Positions 49,285 through 60,049 of a stretch of DNA of 64,000 bases are shown piece after piece. The stretch comes from Candidatus Bathyarchaeia archaeon. Lineage in GTDB: Archaea > Thermoproteota > Bathyarchaeia > Bathyarchaeales > Bathycorpusculaceae. Position 1 is the stretch's first letter, and each line of letters opens with the position of its first letter. Location: the NCBI GenBank assembly GCA_049515895.1, contig JBEKTQ010000020.1, positions 11,387 through 75,386 of the forward strand, written 5' to 3'. The translations under genes and the position numbers were made by a program. The notes below the pieces were generated by a model, which saw only the letters and a list, made by a program, of their open reading frames with translations, was not told the DNA's origin and did no database searches.

Positions 49285-50867
49285 TCGAAATGAAATTTGG
49301 TAAAAAGAAAGAAGAAGTCCAAGAAAAAGAAAAAACCTCAGACGAAGAGATGATTGCTTACTTAGGCATTCAGGGCTACCAAGTGCCTGAAGGGTATACT
49401 CAAGTTGAAAGTTATCCACTTAATCCTCCTTTCTCTTATGCGTGGATATTCCAAGATGATTCTGAAGGAAGTTACTTCTACGTTGTCGATGAGCTTCCTA
49501 TGTCAAGAGAAGAAAGAGAATCCTACAAACGCCTAAAGAGTATTCTAGAATACGAGCTTAAAGCCCCAAGGATAGATGAAACGCTTGTTGAATCGTTCCA
49601 TAGACAGGTTCCATCTATACTGGAAGAGCACGTCAAGGCTCTTGAAGGAATTGACCAGGTTGGTCTAAGAAAAATCACTTACTACATTGAAAAGGACTTG
49701 ATAGGTTATGGAAAAATCGAAGGCCTCATAAATGATCCGTTAATAGAAGATATAAGCTGTTTAGGCATAAACAAATCCGTTTTCATTTATCATAGAAAAT
49801 ATGCTAATGCACGGACCAACATTATTTTTAGTGATGAGGAAGAATTAGACGATTTTATGACAAGAATAGTGCATAGACAAGGCAAACACGTGAGCATTGC
49901 TCATCCAATAGTGGACTTAACCCTACCGGGAAAACACAGACTTGCAATATCTTTCGGAAAAGAAACGACCCCCGCCGGAACAAGCTTCACTATAAGAAAA
50001 TTCAGAGATGACCCCTTAACCATCGTGGACTTAATAATCAATGAGACAATTGACGAGTCAATCGCGGCGTACCTTTGGATGCTAATGGAAAACAAAATGT
50101 CAGTAATGATTGTAGGACCAACTGGTGCTGGAAAGACAACCGCGTTGAATGCTATTGCATGTCTGGTGCGACCGGATTTTAAGATGATTTCGATTGAAGA
50201 AGTTCAAGAAATTAACTTGCCACAGGAAAACTGGGTGTCGACCGTTGCACGCGAGGGTTTCGGAGGAGACAGCGAAGGCGAAGTCACCCTCTACGACTTG
50301 ATAAAGTCAGCCGTTAGGCACAGACCTGCATTAATCCTAGTAGGCGAAATCAGAGGCGAAGAAGCATACGTTCTCTTCCAAGCCCTGGCTACGGGACACG
50401 GCGGATTATGTACAATGCACGCTGACGATGTTGAAACAGTCATTAAACGACTAACCCAACCACCCATGAACATCCCGCAAAACATACTTTCACTGATGAA
50501 CTGTGTAATAGTTGTTAAGCAAGTAAAAACTTCAAGTATCTACCCGACGGAACGAAAAATGTCTTTCAGAAAATTTGTCAGCGTCGGGGAAATCGATAAC
50601 AACGGTGTCCCAATCGAAGTTTTCAATTGGAACATGTCCTCAGACACTTTCCATCAAAACCTAGATAAAAGCTACTTGCTATCAAAAATAGCCAAAAACC
50701 TCGACGCTCCCCTAAGCGTTGTTCAACAAGAGTTTGAACGAAGAAAACAGATTATGCTAAAAATGGTCGAGCAAAACCTGAGAGACTTCAGAAGCGTCCA
50801 CAAAGCATTAAACAGCTCACTTGTCCTCTCGGATTTAGCCGCTAAAGAACAATCTAAGGTGCCATAA
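49281..50867 (+). CDS. Type II/IV secretion (pilus assembly) ATPase
   Basis: FTIRKF, GPTGAGKTT, VGEIRGEEA, TGHGG..TMHA. Confidence 0.95.
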   Translation: MIEMKFGKKKEEVQEKEKTSDEEMIAYLGIQGYQVPEGYTQVESYPLNPPFSYAWIFQDDSEGSYFYVVDELPMSREERESYKRLKSILEYELKAPRIDETLVESFHRQVPSILEEHVKALEGIDQVGLRKITYYIEKDLIGYGKIEGLINDPLIEDISCLGINKSVFIYHRKYANARTNIIFSDEEELDDFMTRIVHRQGKHVSIAHPIVDLTLPGKHRLAISFGKETTPAGTSFTIRKFRDDPLTIVDLIINETIDESIAAYLWMLMENKMSVMIVGPTGAGKTTALNAIACLVRPDFKMISIEEVQEINLPQENWVSTVAREGFGGDSEGEVTLYDLIKSAVRHRPALILVGEIRGEEAYVLFQALATGHGGLCTMHADDVETVIKRLTQPPMNIPQNILSLMNCVIVVKQVKTSSIYPTERKMSFRKFVSVGEIDNNGVPIEVFNWNMSSDTFHQNLDKSYLLSKIAKNLDAPLSVVQQEFERRKQIMLKMVEQNLRDFRSVHKALNSSLVLSDLAAKEQSKVP

Positions 50868-50871
50868 CAAA

Positions 50872-52389
50872 ATGGGCGTTTCCGGCGGTTTTATCGGCAA
50901 AATCTTCGGCTCAATATCTAAAGCGAGCAGTGAAGAAAAAGAAAAAACCGAGCGGGAACTTCCATTCGCAGTAATGATTTTCACGCTTATGGCTGCAAGC
51001 GGAATATCCCCGTACGACAGCTGGAAGAGAATGCGAAAGCTTGACTTCCTACCCGCATTCAAAAAAGAAGCCGACGAAGTCGTGCGTCAAGTCGAAGTTT
51101 TAGGCAAAGACCCTTTGACCGTCTTGCAAATGCGGGCTGAAGCGACAGGGTCCAAACTTTATAGAAATTTTCTGGGCGGTTTTGTTTCATCAATCAGAAG
51201 CGGCGGAAAAATGGTTGATTATATGAAAAGTCAGCTGAAAGCGATCTTTGAGCTGCGATTCATTAATCTGAACCGATCAATTGAGAAAATCGCCACTTTG
51301 GTTGAAGCTTACTCAGTTATGCTGATTGTTGTGTTGTGCTCGTACATTCTTTTTGTTGTTTTATCATCAACCAACGTTATGTCTCTAGTGGTAGGCTCTT
51401 CGCTCTCTGCTTCGCCTTTGCTGTCTTACGTGATTGCTTTTGTTATAATGCCAGTGGGATCGTGCATTTTCATTTTGATGGCTCATAATTTGCAACAAAG
51501 CGCTTTTCCTGACTTGAAAGACCTCTACAAAAGAGCCCTATTCTTCATACCACCTGTATTCGTCGTAATAGCCTTATTCGCGTTGATTCCTCAGCTATCA
51601 CAAGCAATAAGCCAGATAGGCTTACCTGCAATCGCCACCATATGCCTCGTTGCAGCTTCACTGCCAATTGCACTTCAATACAGGAAGATCTCAAAAATCA
51701 ACTATAACGCAGAAGAATCACTTCCCAACTTCATAAGAGACATAACAGAATCACAAAAAACCGGACTTTCCCCAGAAAAAAGTATAATACAAGCTACAAA
51801 ACGCAAAGATTACGGACCCTTCTCCAAATTTTTAGAATTAATGCGTAGCCAAATAGAATGGGGCATACCTTTAAGAAAAACTTTTGAAAACATCCGTAAA
51901 GAAATTCGAAGTTGGTTTGTAACGGTAAACTTCGCCATGATGGTGGAAACCATTGAAGTCGGCGGGAACCAAACCCAGTCGCTAGAGATACTTTCGGAAT
52001 ATAGCGAAAAAGAACACGAATTGCAAATCAATCGACGTGAACTCTTGAAGCCCTATATACTTCTTGCTTTTATGTGGAGCGGATTAATCGCGGTCACAAC
52101 TACAATAGTGGCTTTAACTACTAATTTAACCACCAGCATGATGACGACTGTTAACAAGTCAAGCCTCGCATCAGTGGCTTCAACACCCGTGTCCGGCCAA
52201 CTTAACATGTTCTCTGTGGGCATTATCATTCAGTGTTGGATCTCAGGGTTCTTCATCGGAAAAATCAGCGAAGGCAACCTGGGCGCTGGTTTTAAACATG
52301 CAGCATTGCTTGCAACGACAGCGTACGTGTCTTTGGTCGTTTCTCAAATTGTTCTTTCGAGACTTTTTGGAGGACTAATCGGCACATAG
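50872..52389 (+). CDS. Type II secretion F/TadC-like membrane platform protein
   Basis: ELPFA..MAASG, LPNFIRDITESQKTG, multiple transmembrane helices. Confidence 0.9.
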   Translation: MGVSGGFIGKIFGSISKASSEEKEKTERELPFAVMIFTLMAASGISPYDSWKRMRKLDFLPAFKKEADEVVRQVEVLGKDPLTVLQMRAEATGSKLYRNFLGGFVSSIRSGGKMVDYMKSQLKAIFELRFINLNRSIEKIATLVEAYSVMLIVVLCSYILFVVLSSTNVMSLVVGSSLSASPLLSYVIAFVIMPVGSCIFILMAHNLQQSAFPDLKDLYKRALFFIPPVFVVIALFALIPQLSQAISQIGLPAIATICLVAASLPIALQYRKISKINYNAEESLPNFIRDITESQKTGLSPEKSIIQATKRKDYGPFSKFLELMRSQIEWGIPLRKTFENIRKEIRSWFVTVNFAMMVETIEVGGNQTQSLEILSEYSEKEHELQINRRELLKPYILLAFMWSGLIAVTTTIVALTTNLTTSMMTTVNKSSLASVASTPVSGQLNMFSVGIIIQCWISGFFIGKISEGNLGAGFKHAALLATTAYVSLVVSQIVLSRLFGGLIGT

Positions 52390-52405
52390 TAGGAGAAAAA
52401 GTGCG

Positions 52406-53458
52406 TTGCCTTCAACATCCATTGACACCTTCTTCGCGTGCACAATCATTGTAGCAGTAGCTTTGATAGCAACTGCTTTTCTAACCTCAACGATGCAGAC
52501 TAGTATTAACAGCACACAAGATATCAACAAAGAAAGTTACCTGCAATCAATAGCCGATCACATCATAACAAGTCCTGGAGCCCCCGTTAATTGGGGAAGC
52601 AGTAGCATTGTTCCTGCAGACTTTGGGTTAGCAGCAGGCTCATCCAAAACACCTTACCAACTTGATATAGATAAAATCACTCGGTTAAACAATCTCAACA
52701 CCTACTCGTTATCCTACGCTGACATGGAAAACGCTGCTAAACTAAACAATATTGCTTTGGGCATAACAGTCTCTCAAGTCATGTCTATAAGCCTTGAACA
52801 GACAGGCAACAGCACCATAGACAACGGCAACAAGGTATCTTTTAGCTTCGCGATCTTAACAAGCATTAATTCCGAACCCACAAGAACCAGTCTAAACTGC
52901 TACGTCGTGGCAAACAACTACCTGAGCAACCTAACCGGCAGCACTTCAACTATTGGAGTAGGCGCTGTTACCTTTCAAATCCCCAGCTCAGAAACGGGCA
53001 ACGCTATGCTTATCGTTTTTGCACGAGCGTCTTTTGACGACAGAATAACTTCTTACGCAATCTACAATTTTCTTAACTCAACCCAGGAATCAGCCCCGAG
53101 CAACACCATATTAACTTTAACTCCGCTCAATTACATTCTAAGTTTTAGCACAAATTTCACTGACATAATAATTCAAAGAGTCTACATCTTCACCTACATG
53201 CATCAACAGAATCTCACTCCAGTGCAAAGCGCAACTCAATACTCAATTCCAACATTAATTGACAAAAGTCCCTTTGTCATAGTTACATGCGGCTTCGATA
53301 ACGCCACTTATTTTCAAGAATGGACCTCTTATCCTCAAGTACCGTTTAAAGCAGGTTCAAGCTTTGAAGATTCAGAGCAAAACATCTTCACTTACATCGT
53401 AACAATAAACGGTGTCCTCTATAATGTGTACGTAAGTTTTGGAGATGTAGTTCCGTGA
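52406..53458 (+). CDS. Pilus-associated secreted protein
   Basis: N-terminal anchor; SPGAPVNWG and FGLA motifs. Confidence 0.65.
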   Translation: MPSTSIDTFFACTIIVAVALIATAFLTSTMQTSINSTQDINKESYLQSIADHIITSPGAPVNWGSSSIVPADFGLAAGSSKTPYQLDIDKITRLNNLNTYSLSYADMENAAKLNNIALGITVSQVMSISLEQTGNSTIDNGNKVSFSFAILTSINSEPTRTSLNCYVVANNYLSNLTGSTSTIGVGAVTFQIPSSETGNAMLIVFARASFDDRITSYAIYNFLNSTQESAPSNTILTLTPLNYILSFSTNFTDIIIQRVYIFTYMHQQNLTPVQSATQYSIPTLIDKSPFVIVTCGFDNATYFQEWTSYPQVPFKAGSSFEDSEQNIFTYIVTINGVLYNVYVSFGDVVP

Positions 53459-53883
53459 GTTTGTTTAAAGACAGGAAAGGGCAAGTGCGGACAATAGAAG
53501 CAATTTTCGCCACAATCCTTTTGATGTCTTGTCTGGCTCTTATTCCATCATCGTCAAGTGTGAAGGATACAACAAGGAATCTTATTTCAACCGCTCAAAA
53601 CATCTTGTTAAGTTTAGACAGTAATGGGTACCTGGCAACCTTAGTTAATAGTCAGAATTGGGCAGCGCTTAGAGATTGCTTGGAATCGTCTCTTCCGCTT
53701 ACCGTATGGTTTAATTTAACAGTGTTCAATCAAAACATGAATAGCCTCAATTCTTTCCCAATTTGCAACGCAGGTACTGCAAGTGCCAAAATCGTTTCAG
53801 TAGACTATGTTTGCGCTAGCCAAAACAGCACATATTCAATATACATTTTGAGGCTGCAATTGTCTGAGGTTGGACTAACATGA
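53455..53883 (+). CDS. Minor pilin-like protein
   Basis: DRKGQ|VRTIEAIFA class III signal. Confidence 0.75.
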   Translation: MSLFKDRKGQVRTIEAIFATILLMSCLALIPSSSSVKDTTRNLISTAQNILLSLDSNGYLATLVNSQNWAALRDCLESSLPLTVWFNLTVFNQNMNSLNSFPICNAGTASAKIVSVDYVCASQNSTYSIYILRLQLSEVGLT

Positions 53884-54656
53884 AAAAACGCAACCTAAGA
53901 CAAAACAGTTCGGGCCAAGTGATTATAATCGCAGCTTTACTAGTCGCGTCGCTTTTACTATCAACCGCTATCTACGTCATTGAAACCGAAAAAGAAGTAC
54001 CGACTGTTGGCTCTGGAGAAAATTACGTCTACCCCGCATATCAGCAAAGCACAATAAACACTCTGATTAGTGCACTAGCCAACGTAACGAACGGTGGCAC
54101 CTCTGGCGTTTTAGTAACTGACTTAAAAGAATTGACTGCGGCTATTGCTAACGATTCCTATCAAGCCATACTTCAAATAGATTATACTCCGCTAAACGCA
54201 GTTCCATACCAAAACGGCATTTGGATCTCTTGGGGCGCAAGTGGTCAAGGGGTCTCAAGTGTTTATGTCAGATTTGCTTTTAACTCTTCAGGGTCTTCAT
54301 CATCTTCCAATTTAGAATCTGACGTAAACGTAACTACAGAGGTCCATTTGAGCGGAAACTATCAACTCAACGGCAACTCAACGCAAATAAACCTATCAGT
54401 CAACATACTCAACGAAGGTAAACCAGCATTAGCACAAAACTTTACTTTTTACTATGAATATAATAGATCACCGTTAATAGAAAATTGGACAAAGGTAGAT
54501 TTGCCAAGGATAACCGATTTCGGAAATGGAACATACTCAGTATCATTTACGACTGAACCCGATCCGTCTAACTATCCTCTCCTCGTCTCCATGCTTTGCC
54601 AAGATCAACGCGGTATAGTTGTTGTAGCGAACGCAACCTGTACCTACACAAGGTAA
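53880..54656 (+). CDS. Minor pilin-like protein
   Basis: NSSGQ|VIIIAALL class III-like signal. Confidence 0.7.
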   Translation: MKKRNLRQNSSGQVIIIAALLVASLLLSTAIYVIETEKEVPTVGSGENYVYPAYQQSTINTLISALANVTNGGTSGVLVTDLKELTAAIANDSYQAILQIDYTPLNAVPYQNGIWISWGASGQGVSSVYVRFAFNSSGSSSSSNLESDVNVTTEVHLSGNYQLNGNSTQINLSVNILNEGKPALAQNFTFYYEYNRSPLIENWTKVDLPRITDFGNGTYSVSFTTEPDPSNYPLLVSMLCQDQRGIVVVANATCTYTR

Positions 54657-54724
54657 TGAAAAATGCTAAATCTGAAAACTGAAAGCTCGCGTCTATTGCT
54701 TAATAAGAGGAGTAGCCGTCGCAA

Positions 54725-56113
54725 ATGAGTCGGGATCGAGCAATTAAAGTTTTGAGTCTACTATTGGTAGCTTCAATTATTATGACTGCAAGCACAGTCC
54801 TGGTTGAGAATTCTTCTCCAAAGCTTGCAGGCACATCAGTTAACGTCTTGCCTGCGAACGTTATTTGGGAAAAAACTCACGGCGTTGTGGGAGATGACGA
54901 CCGTGCTTATTCCGTGTTACCCGTCGGCGACGGATATCTGGTTGTTGGGTCGTCAGAATCGAATAAGACAGGCATCACCGCTGGTTGGGCTTTAAAGCTT
55001 AACCAGGACGGGGGAGTAATTTGGAACCAAACATTCCTTGAAGGATTCGGCACTGAACTCAGAGTTGCTCTTAATTTGAATGATGGTTTCTTGCTTGTAG
55101 GCAACGAATTCCTGCCATCAGGGTCCGAAAGCGGTTATGTCGCAAAAATAAACAACCAAGGCACTTTGTTATGGCAGACCACTATAGGCAAAGGATATCT
55201 AAACAAGTTCTTTTCAGCGATCGCTACTCCTGGCGGGTTTGCACTTTTCGGGATAACTTATTCCAATGGAACTGGCAGCGGCTCCGCTGCTTGGGTAGTC
55301 AAAATTGACCCAACTGGCGACGTTATTTGGAACAAAGCCTACGGAAATGCAAGTGACACCGCCGCAACAACCGGCGTTTTAGCCAATGATGGCGATTACA
55401 TGGTTGCAGGTTACACGAATACTTCAGGAGAAAGCAACAATGATTTTCTACTCATGCAAATTGATTCGAGCGGAAACATGATATGGAATAAAACCTATGG
55501 TGAAACAGGTAGCCAAGAAGCTTCTGCAATGGCAAAAACGCTTGATGGATACATCATTGTTGGAGACATTCAAGCGCCAGATAGTAATATTCACGCGTGG
55601 GTTGTAAAGGTTGATTTTAACGGCGCGATGTTATGGGCTAAAACAGTGGGAGGCAAAAACGCTGATTCGCCATATTTTATTACTTCTTCGCAGGATGGCT
55701 GTTACCTAGTCGGCGGTTTCACATTTTCTTTCGGCGCAGGGAACAGGGATTTTTGGCTTTTCAAAATCGATGATTCCGGAAAAGTTCTATGGAGTTGCAC
55801 TCAAGGCAACGCTGGCTACCAAGAAGCTTACGGCGTTATCGAAGCCGGAAAAAACCAATATATTATGGTGGGGTGGACAGACCCACCGGGTCATCCTGTG
55901 TTAATCGGCAAGGCACGATACATGTTCTATGTTGTACGCTTCTCCTATCCGCAAGAAGGCAATTGGCTTTCAAGTTTACAGTTAATCTCTTACGTCTTTG
56001 CAGCGTTTGCGATTTTATTGACGGTTTTGCTTGCGGTGTCAATTCTTCGGAAAAAACCGAATAGTAATCAAGTAGTTGCAACTTACGAAAGAAAATCCAC
56101 AGCTTTTTCCTAA
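54725..56113 (+). CDS. Beta-propeller cell-surface protein
   Basis: Repeated K.D..G..IW.KTYG / DGY...G units, signal peptide and C-terminal transmembrane helix. Confidence 0.8.
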   Translation: MSRDRAIKVLSLLLVASIIMTASTVLVENSSPKLAGTSVNVLPANVIWEKTHGVVGDDDRAYSVLPVGDGYLVVGSSESNKTGITAGWALKLNQDGGVIWNQTFLEGFGTELRVALNLNDGFLLVGNEFLPSGSESGYVAKINNQGTLLWQTTIGKGYLNKFFSAIATPGGFALFGITYSNGTGSGSAAWVVKIDPTGDVIWNKAYGNASDTAATTGVLANDGDYMVAGYTNTSGESNNDFLLMQIDSSGNMIWNKTYGETGSQEASAMAKTLDGYIIVGDIQAPDSNIHAWVVKVDFNGAMLWAKTVGGKNADSPYFITSSQDGCYLVGGFTFSFGAGNRDFWLFKIDDSGKVLWSCTQGNAGYQEAYGVIEAGKNQYIMVGWTDPPGHPVLIGKARYMFYVVRFSYPQEGNWLSSLQLISYVFAAFAILLTVLLAVSILRKKPNSNQVVATYERKSTAFS

Positions 56114-56407
56114 AAAAAAATAAGTAAAAGTTTTAATAAAGCAGCTGGCTAACCAAACTCAACTGATTTCTTCTTCATATTGCAATTTGCCTGCCGAAAA
56201 ACTACTGAGCTTACCTGTTTTGAATGGTTTCCAAGTCAACAGTTCGCACATCGAAGATGAAACTTTCGTTAAGTTGATTCGCTTGTCAATCTTGTGTACC
56301 TGAGACGGGTGCAACCCCTCTTTATAGGCTGAAAGAGGTAATATGTCTGGAATGGAAAGCAAGGAAGAATCCAAAAAACTTGCTTGTTCGCTTGTTACCT
56401 TTTTTGT

Positions 56408-57283
56408 TCAACTAAGTTTAGTGAACAAGAGCTGGAGTATCTTGATAAAAGCACTGTAGTTTGTCCATATGGCCGCTGTTTTGTTCTTCTTCTTTACTTC
56501 ATCGTCATTTACGGCGTCTTCATGAAACGCAATCAATACTTCTTTATTATCAGAAATCATTATGCACGGCAAGTTTTGTTCATCTGCAATCCGATGAGAT
56601 TCACTTAGCCAGCGTAGTTGGCCCATAAAGTATGCGCTTTTCAGCGAATTGTCGGTAACTACGGTAACATGTACTTTGTCGGCGCGATTTTTAAGCTTGT
56701 CAGAGAAATCGCTGTAGTAAAGTTGCGCAAGGTAGTCGGCTGAGGCGAACACTTGGAACTCTTTTTCGGTTCTTTCGAGTAATTCATTAGCTTTCATGAT
56801 GACTTGCTGTTCACCTTCGAGCATTTGGAAAAGTTCTTTTTTCGCGTTTGCAACTTTCGGCTGAGGCATAGATTGCCAAAGTTCCACAAGGCTTGTTTTT
56901 TCTTGTTCCAGAAGCTTGATTTTTATTTTTTGTGCGTCCACAAGCAAATCGATAGCTTTGTCCAGAGGAACAGCTGTGAATTTTAGAGGTTTCTCGAAAA
57001 TAGAGAAAACTACTCCTCGCTTCTCTAAATCCCGCAAGATTCTGTAAGTTTCAGTTCTGTGTAGTGAAATTGCTTCCGCTATTTCTCCCGCTTTCATTTC
57101 ACCATTTCTTGCTAGATGCAAGTAAACTTTAATCTCGTTTTTAAGCAGCCCAAACCTTGAAAGAGTCTCCTCGATTGTGGATATTTGCTCACTGTATGAG
57201 CGATCTTTCATTATCAGTTTCCAAGATTCATTTTGCCTATCATACACTTTTGTTAATTGTTGTTTTTCCATAGATAATGCCAT
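56408..57283 (-). CDS. TrmB-family transcriptional regulator
   Basis: FGLLKNEIKVYLHL...RTETYRILRDLEKRG; start uncertain. Confidence 0.88.
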   Translation of the reverse strand: MALSMEKQQLTKVYDRQNESWKLIMKDRSYSEQISTIEETLSRFGLLKNEIKVYLHLARNGEMKAGEIAEAISLHRTETYRILRDLEKRGVVFSIFEKPLKFTAVPLDKAIDLLVDAQKIKIKLLEQEKTSLVELWQSMPQPKVANAKKELFQMLEGEQQVIMKANELLERTEKEFQVFASADYLAQLYYSDFSDKLKNRADKVHVTVVTDNSLKSAYFMGQLRWLSESHRIADEQNLPCIMISDNKEVLIAFHEDAVNDDEVKKKNKTAAIWTNYSAFIKILQLLFTKLS

Positions 57284-57666
57284 TAGTGTGTTCTCCCTGT
57301 TTCTCAATATTTGGGGTATTGCCATCCAATTCTGACTGTTTATATATAATATAATTACGACTTCGAAATCTGAATCCAAAATTCACATCCAAAATCCAAG
57401 CAAAATATCCTCTTTTTATGGGCGTTCTCTGCTCTGTTGAGTAGTTGGTTATTGACCAATCAGTAAAAGGTCCGAGTTTTCCGAGTGCCAACCCCTTTTT
57501 TGAAAATCCATGGGGCAACAAGGCGCGAATGTTCTGCTTTCCGATTCAAGAATGCTCGATTTAAAGAAAAAGCTTTCAAATAATTTTTTCCCGCTTACCC
57601 GAGTTTCCATTTCCAACTTTGGCGCTGATTCGAATGGCAAGTTCAAAGCAACTTGTTTTTCTTCCG

Positions 57667-58083
57667 CTACTTATGTAATTCTTTGTATTCATTTTCCAAG
57701 ATTCCCATTTCAACTTTATCGGCTTCAGCATCTTCAAAGCTCTTCCTTAATCTGCGCACGTGCTCTGAGAATGTTATTTGTGTAATAATTCCTTCAGATA
57801 AGGGCCATTGATATTTGGAACCTTTGAAAGTTAGTTCAAGTTTGTCGCGGAGATATTTCATAAACAATTTTTCAAGTTGTCGGGCGCTTGAACCTAAGAT
57901 TCGCTCTAGGGCATTAGAAAAATCACTTAGTTTATTGGGTAATTCCTGCTTTCTAATGTTGCAGCAGCGTTCGAGGTAAATATAAATTGAGGCTTTTCCC
58001 GCTTCGCCAAGTCCTGACAGTCCTTCATCTATGGCTTCTAATAGCAATTGATCAAAACTCTTATACTGATGATGACTTGACAA
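57667..58083 (-). CDS. Small archaeal protein (DUF3227/NitrOD5-like)
   Basis: LLEAIDEGLSGLGE...IY.YLE...F..ALE.ILG pattern. Confidence 0.6.
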   Translation of the reverse strand: MSSHHQYKSFDQLLLEAIDEGLSGLGEAGKASIYIYLERCCNIRKQELPNKLSDFSNALERILGSSARQLEKLFMKYLRDKLELTFKGSKYQWPLSEGIITQITFSEHVRRLRKSFEDAEADKVEMGILENEYKELHK

Positions 58084-58310
58084 CTTACTATTTTCCTTAA
58101 TGCCGCTAAAGGTTCTGTGCTGTCAATCGTGCAAACAGTGGTATAAGGCTGAAAAAACTAATAAAGCGTTATGAACCGTTAATATTGATTGATGACTGAA
58201 TCGTCAGGCGACACTGTGTTTTTTTGAGTCTGGAAGACAAAAGCTGCTTTCCAGGTTCGGTTGCCCATGCCAAAAACTAAACTGGGCGATGAGCAAATTT
58301 GTTTTTAGGC

Positions 58311-60029
58311 CTAGGTTTCGAGTCCTTTTGCGGAGGCGTTAGCATAGATAGATCCGAATTTGTTAACGAGGTCTTTCTGGGTGTAAACTGAGGCATGTAA
58401 GTGAAAGAATTTGTCCATTCTCTTCGTATCGACACCAATACCGATGACAATGACTCCTTTTCGAAGCAGATCCTCAACACATTCTTTTAAGGCAGTAGGC
58501 ATGTCGGGGTAGCCATACGGCCAGCCGTCGGAAATAACTATTAAGCAGCGTTGTTCTTCAAACCGTTTGGCAAGCATTTTCCCCGCCATCTGAATCGCAT
58601 CAGGAATGTATGTGAGCCCTTCAAATTTCAACCCCCCAATTCTACCCCTAACTTTCTTTGAATATGATTCCGAGCTGTCCTTTACTATGTAGAGTTTGTC
58701 GCTGAAAGCGAAGAATGTCCAAGATGTCGGGTCGGTCATCAACTCTTTAGCTGCCTCAGCAACAGCTATAGCTAGTGCTCGACCATATTCTCCTTTTACT
58801 TGCATGCTATTGCTAACGTCAAAAACTAGTGACCAGGCGAAATTAGGTTTAAGATACTCATCAAGGACAAAAACGTCTGTCGCTGGCTTGTTGCTTGCCA
58901 AGGACTGAATTACTGAAGTTAAATCAAGTTGACCCATTTCTTGCCTTGGGTCCTCATCAAGGTAATTAAAGGCTGATCTGAGAATGTCGAGAAGTCGCCG
59001 ACTTGCCCCTTGAACCAATTTTCTTGCTCTCAGATATTGAGTATAATCTTCTTCCGGAATAGAGACTGACTTGAATCTTGTCAAAGTTGCATAAGGGCTA
59101 ATTTTTGAAAGTATTTTTTCTTCACGTTGTTTTTGGTAATTGTCAGAATTAAATGCTTGCAATGCCTCTGCTTCCTGTTCCGGTCTCCAATATTGGTCTA
59201 TATGAGCTGCGGCAGGTACATTGCCTCCTAGACTCTTGAGGGATTGGATGAGCAGATTTTCAAAATCGTTATCTAATGATGTCTGTGCTTCGCTGTAAAT
59301 GCTGCAGCTCCCGTTGCTTTCGGTATGTCTGAGCGAGGGTGCTTCTAAAAATGGGCCAAAAGGCTCAATTAGACGCTTTATTTTTTTAACTTTTTCATCG
59401 AATAAATCGTCGAGTCTAGTCTGTTCGTCGGCTATCGATACTAGGAAAGTTTTCTTTAAGGCTGTTAGGTCATCGAATATTTGATTTACTACTTGCATTT
59501 CCTCTGTTCCTGGAGAATTCTTGATTAAGCCTATGTTAAGTTTTGTAAGTAAAGCCGCCATCAGCCTTGTGGAAGCTGTAAAGATTCTTTCGGAAGATTT
59601 TATTTTCTGGTAAGCTAACGCATTAGCATAAGCAACGTCGAGAAATTTATCTGGGTACCATGCTTGAATGTAAGCATTGATGTAGGTATCATTAATTAGC
59701 GACTTTGCAAACGCATCAATTATTGCGTCTGAATCTTTTGGAACAATTTTTTCTTTTTGAAATGGCGCTAAAGTGTGAGTTGTCAGGTGCAGAACGGATG
59801 CTCTAAATAATCGTCCAATTTTGGATTTGCCTTCATTGCTTCCCTCAAATTTGTATCCGAGGAACGAAATATTTCCGCTTTCCAACATGCTAGCTGTTGG
59901 CAGCTTGATTGTAAACCCGAAATTGTCACTTTGCAACACAGGCTGAACTAATGTTGAGTCCTGCAGTATCTTTACTTTAGTGTCGTCTTTTTGTAAAGAA
60001 ACTGACCAAGCGTAATCAACAAATCCCAA
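58311..60029 (-). CDS. vWA domain protein (CbbO/NorD-like)
   Basis: GQLDL, DVSNSM, GLT, ISDGWP, IGIG. Confidence 0.88.
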   Translation of the reverse strand: MGFVDYAWSVSLQKDDTKVKILQDSTLVQPVLQSDNFGFTIKLPTASMLESGNISFLGYKFEGSNEGKSKIGRLFRASVLHLTTHTLAPFQKEKIVPKDSDAIIDAFAKSLINDTYINAYIQAWYPDKFLDVAYANALAYQKIKSSERIFTASTRLMAALLTKLNIGLIKNSPGTEEMQVVNQIFDDLTALKKTFLVSIADEQTRLDDLFDEKVKKIKRLIEPFGPFLEAPSLRHTESNGSCSIYSEAQTSLDNDFENLLIQSLKSLGGNVPAAAHIDQYWRPEQEAEALQAFNSDNYQKQREEKILSKISPYATLTRFKSVSIPEEDYTQYLRARKLVQGASRRLLDILRSAFNYLDEDPRQEMGQLDLTSVIQSLASNKPATDVFVLDEYLKPNFAWSLVFDVSNSMQVKGEYGRALAIAVAEAAKELMTDPTSWTFFAFSDKLYIVKDSSESYSKKVRGRIGGLKFEGLTYIPDAIQMAGKMLAKRFEEQRCLIVISDGWPYGYPDMPTALKECVEDLLRKGVIVIGIGVDTKRMDKFFHLHASVYTQKDLVNKFGSIYANASAKGLET

Positions 60030-60049
60030 AGGGCAATGGCTCCAGAATA

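Noticed and set aside
46161-54656. Archaellum (motility) operon
   Set aside because: No arlH/arlF/arlG or chemotaxis genes; the layout fits a type IV pilus.
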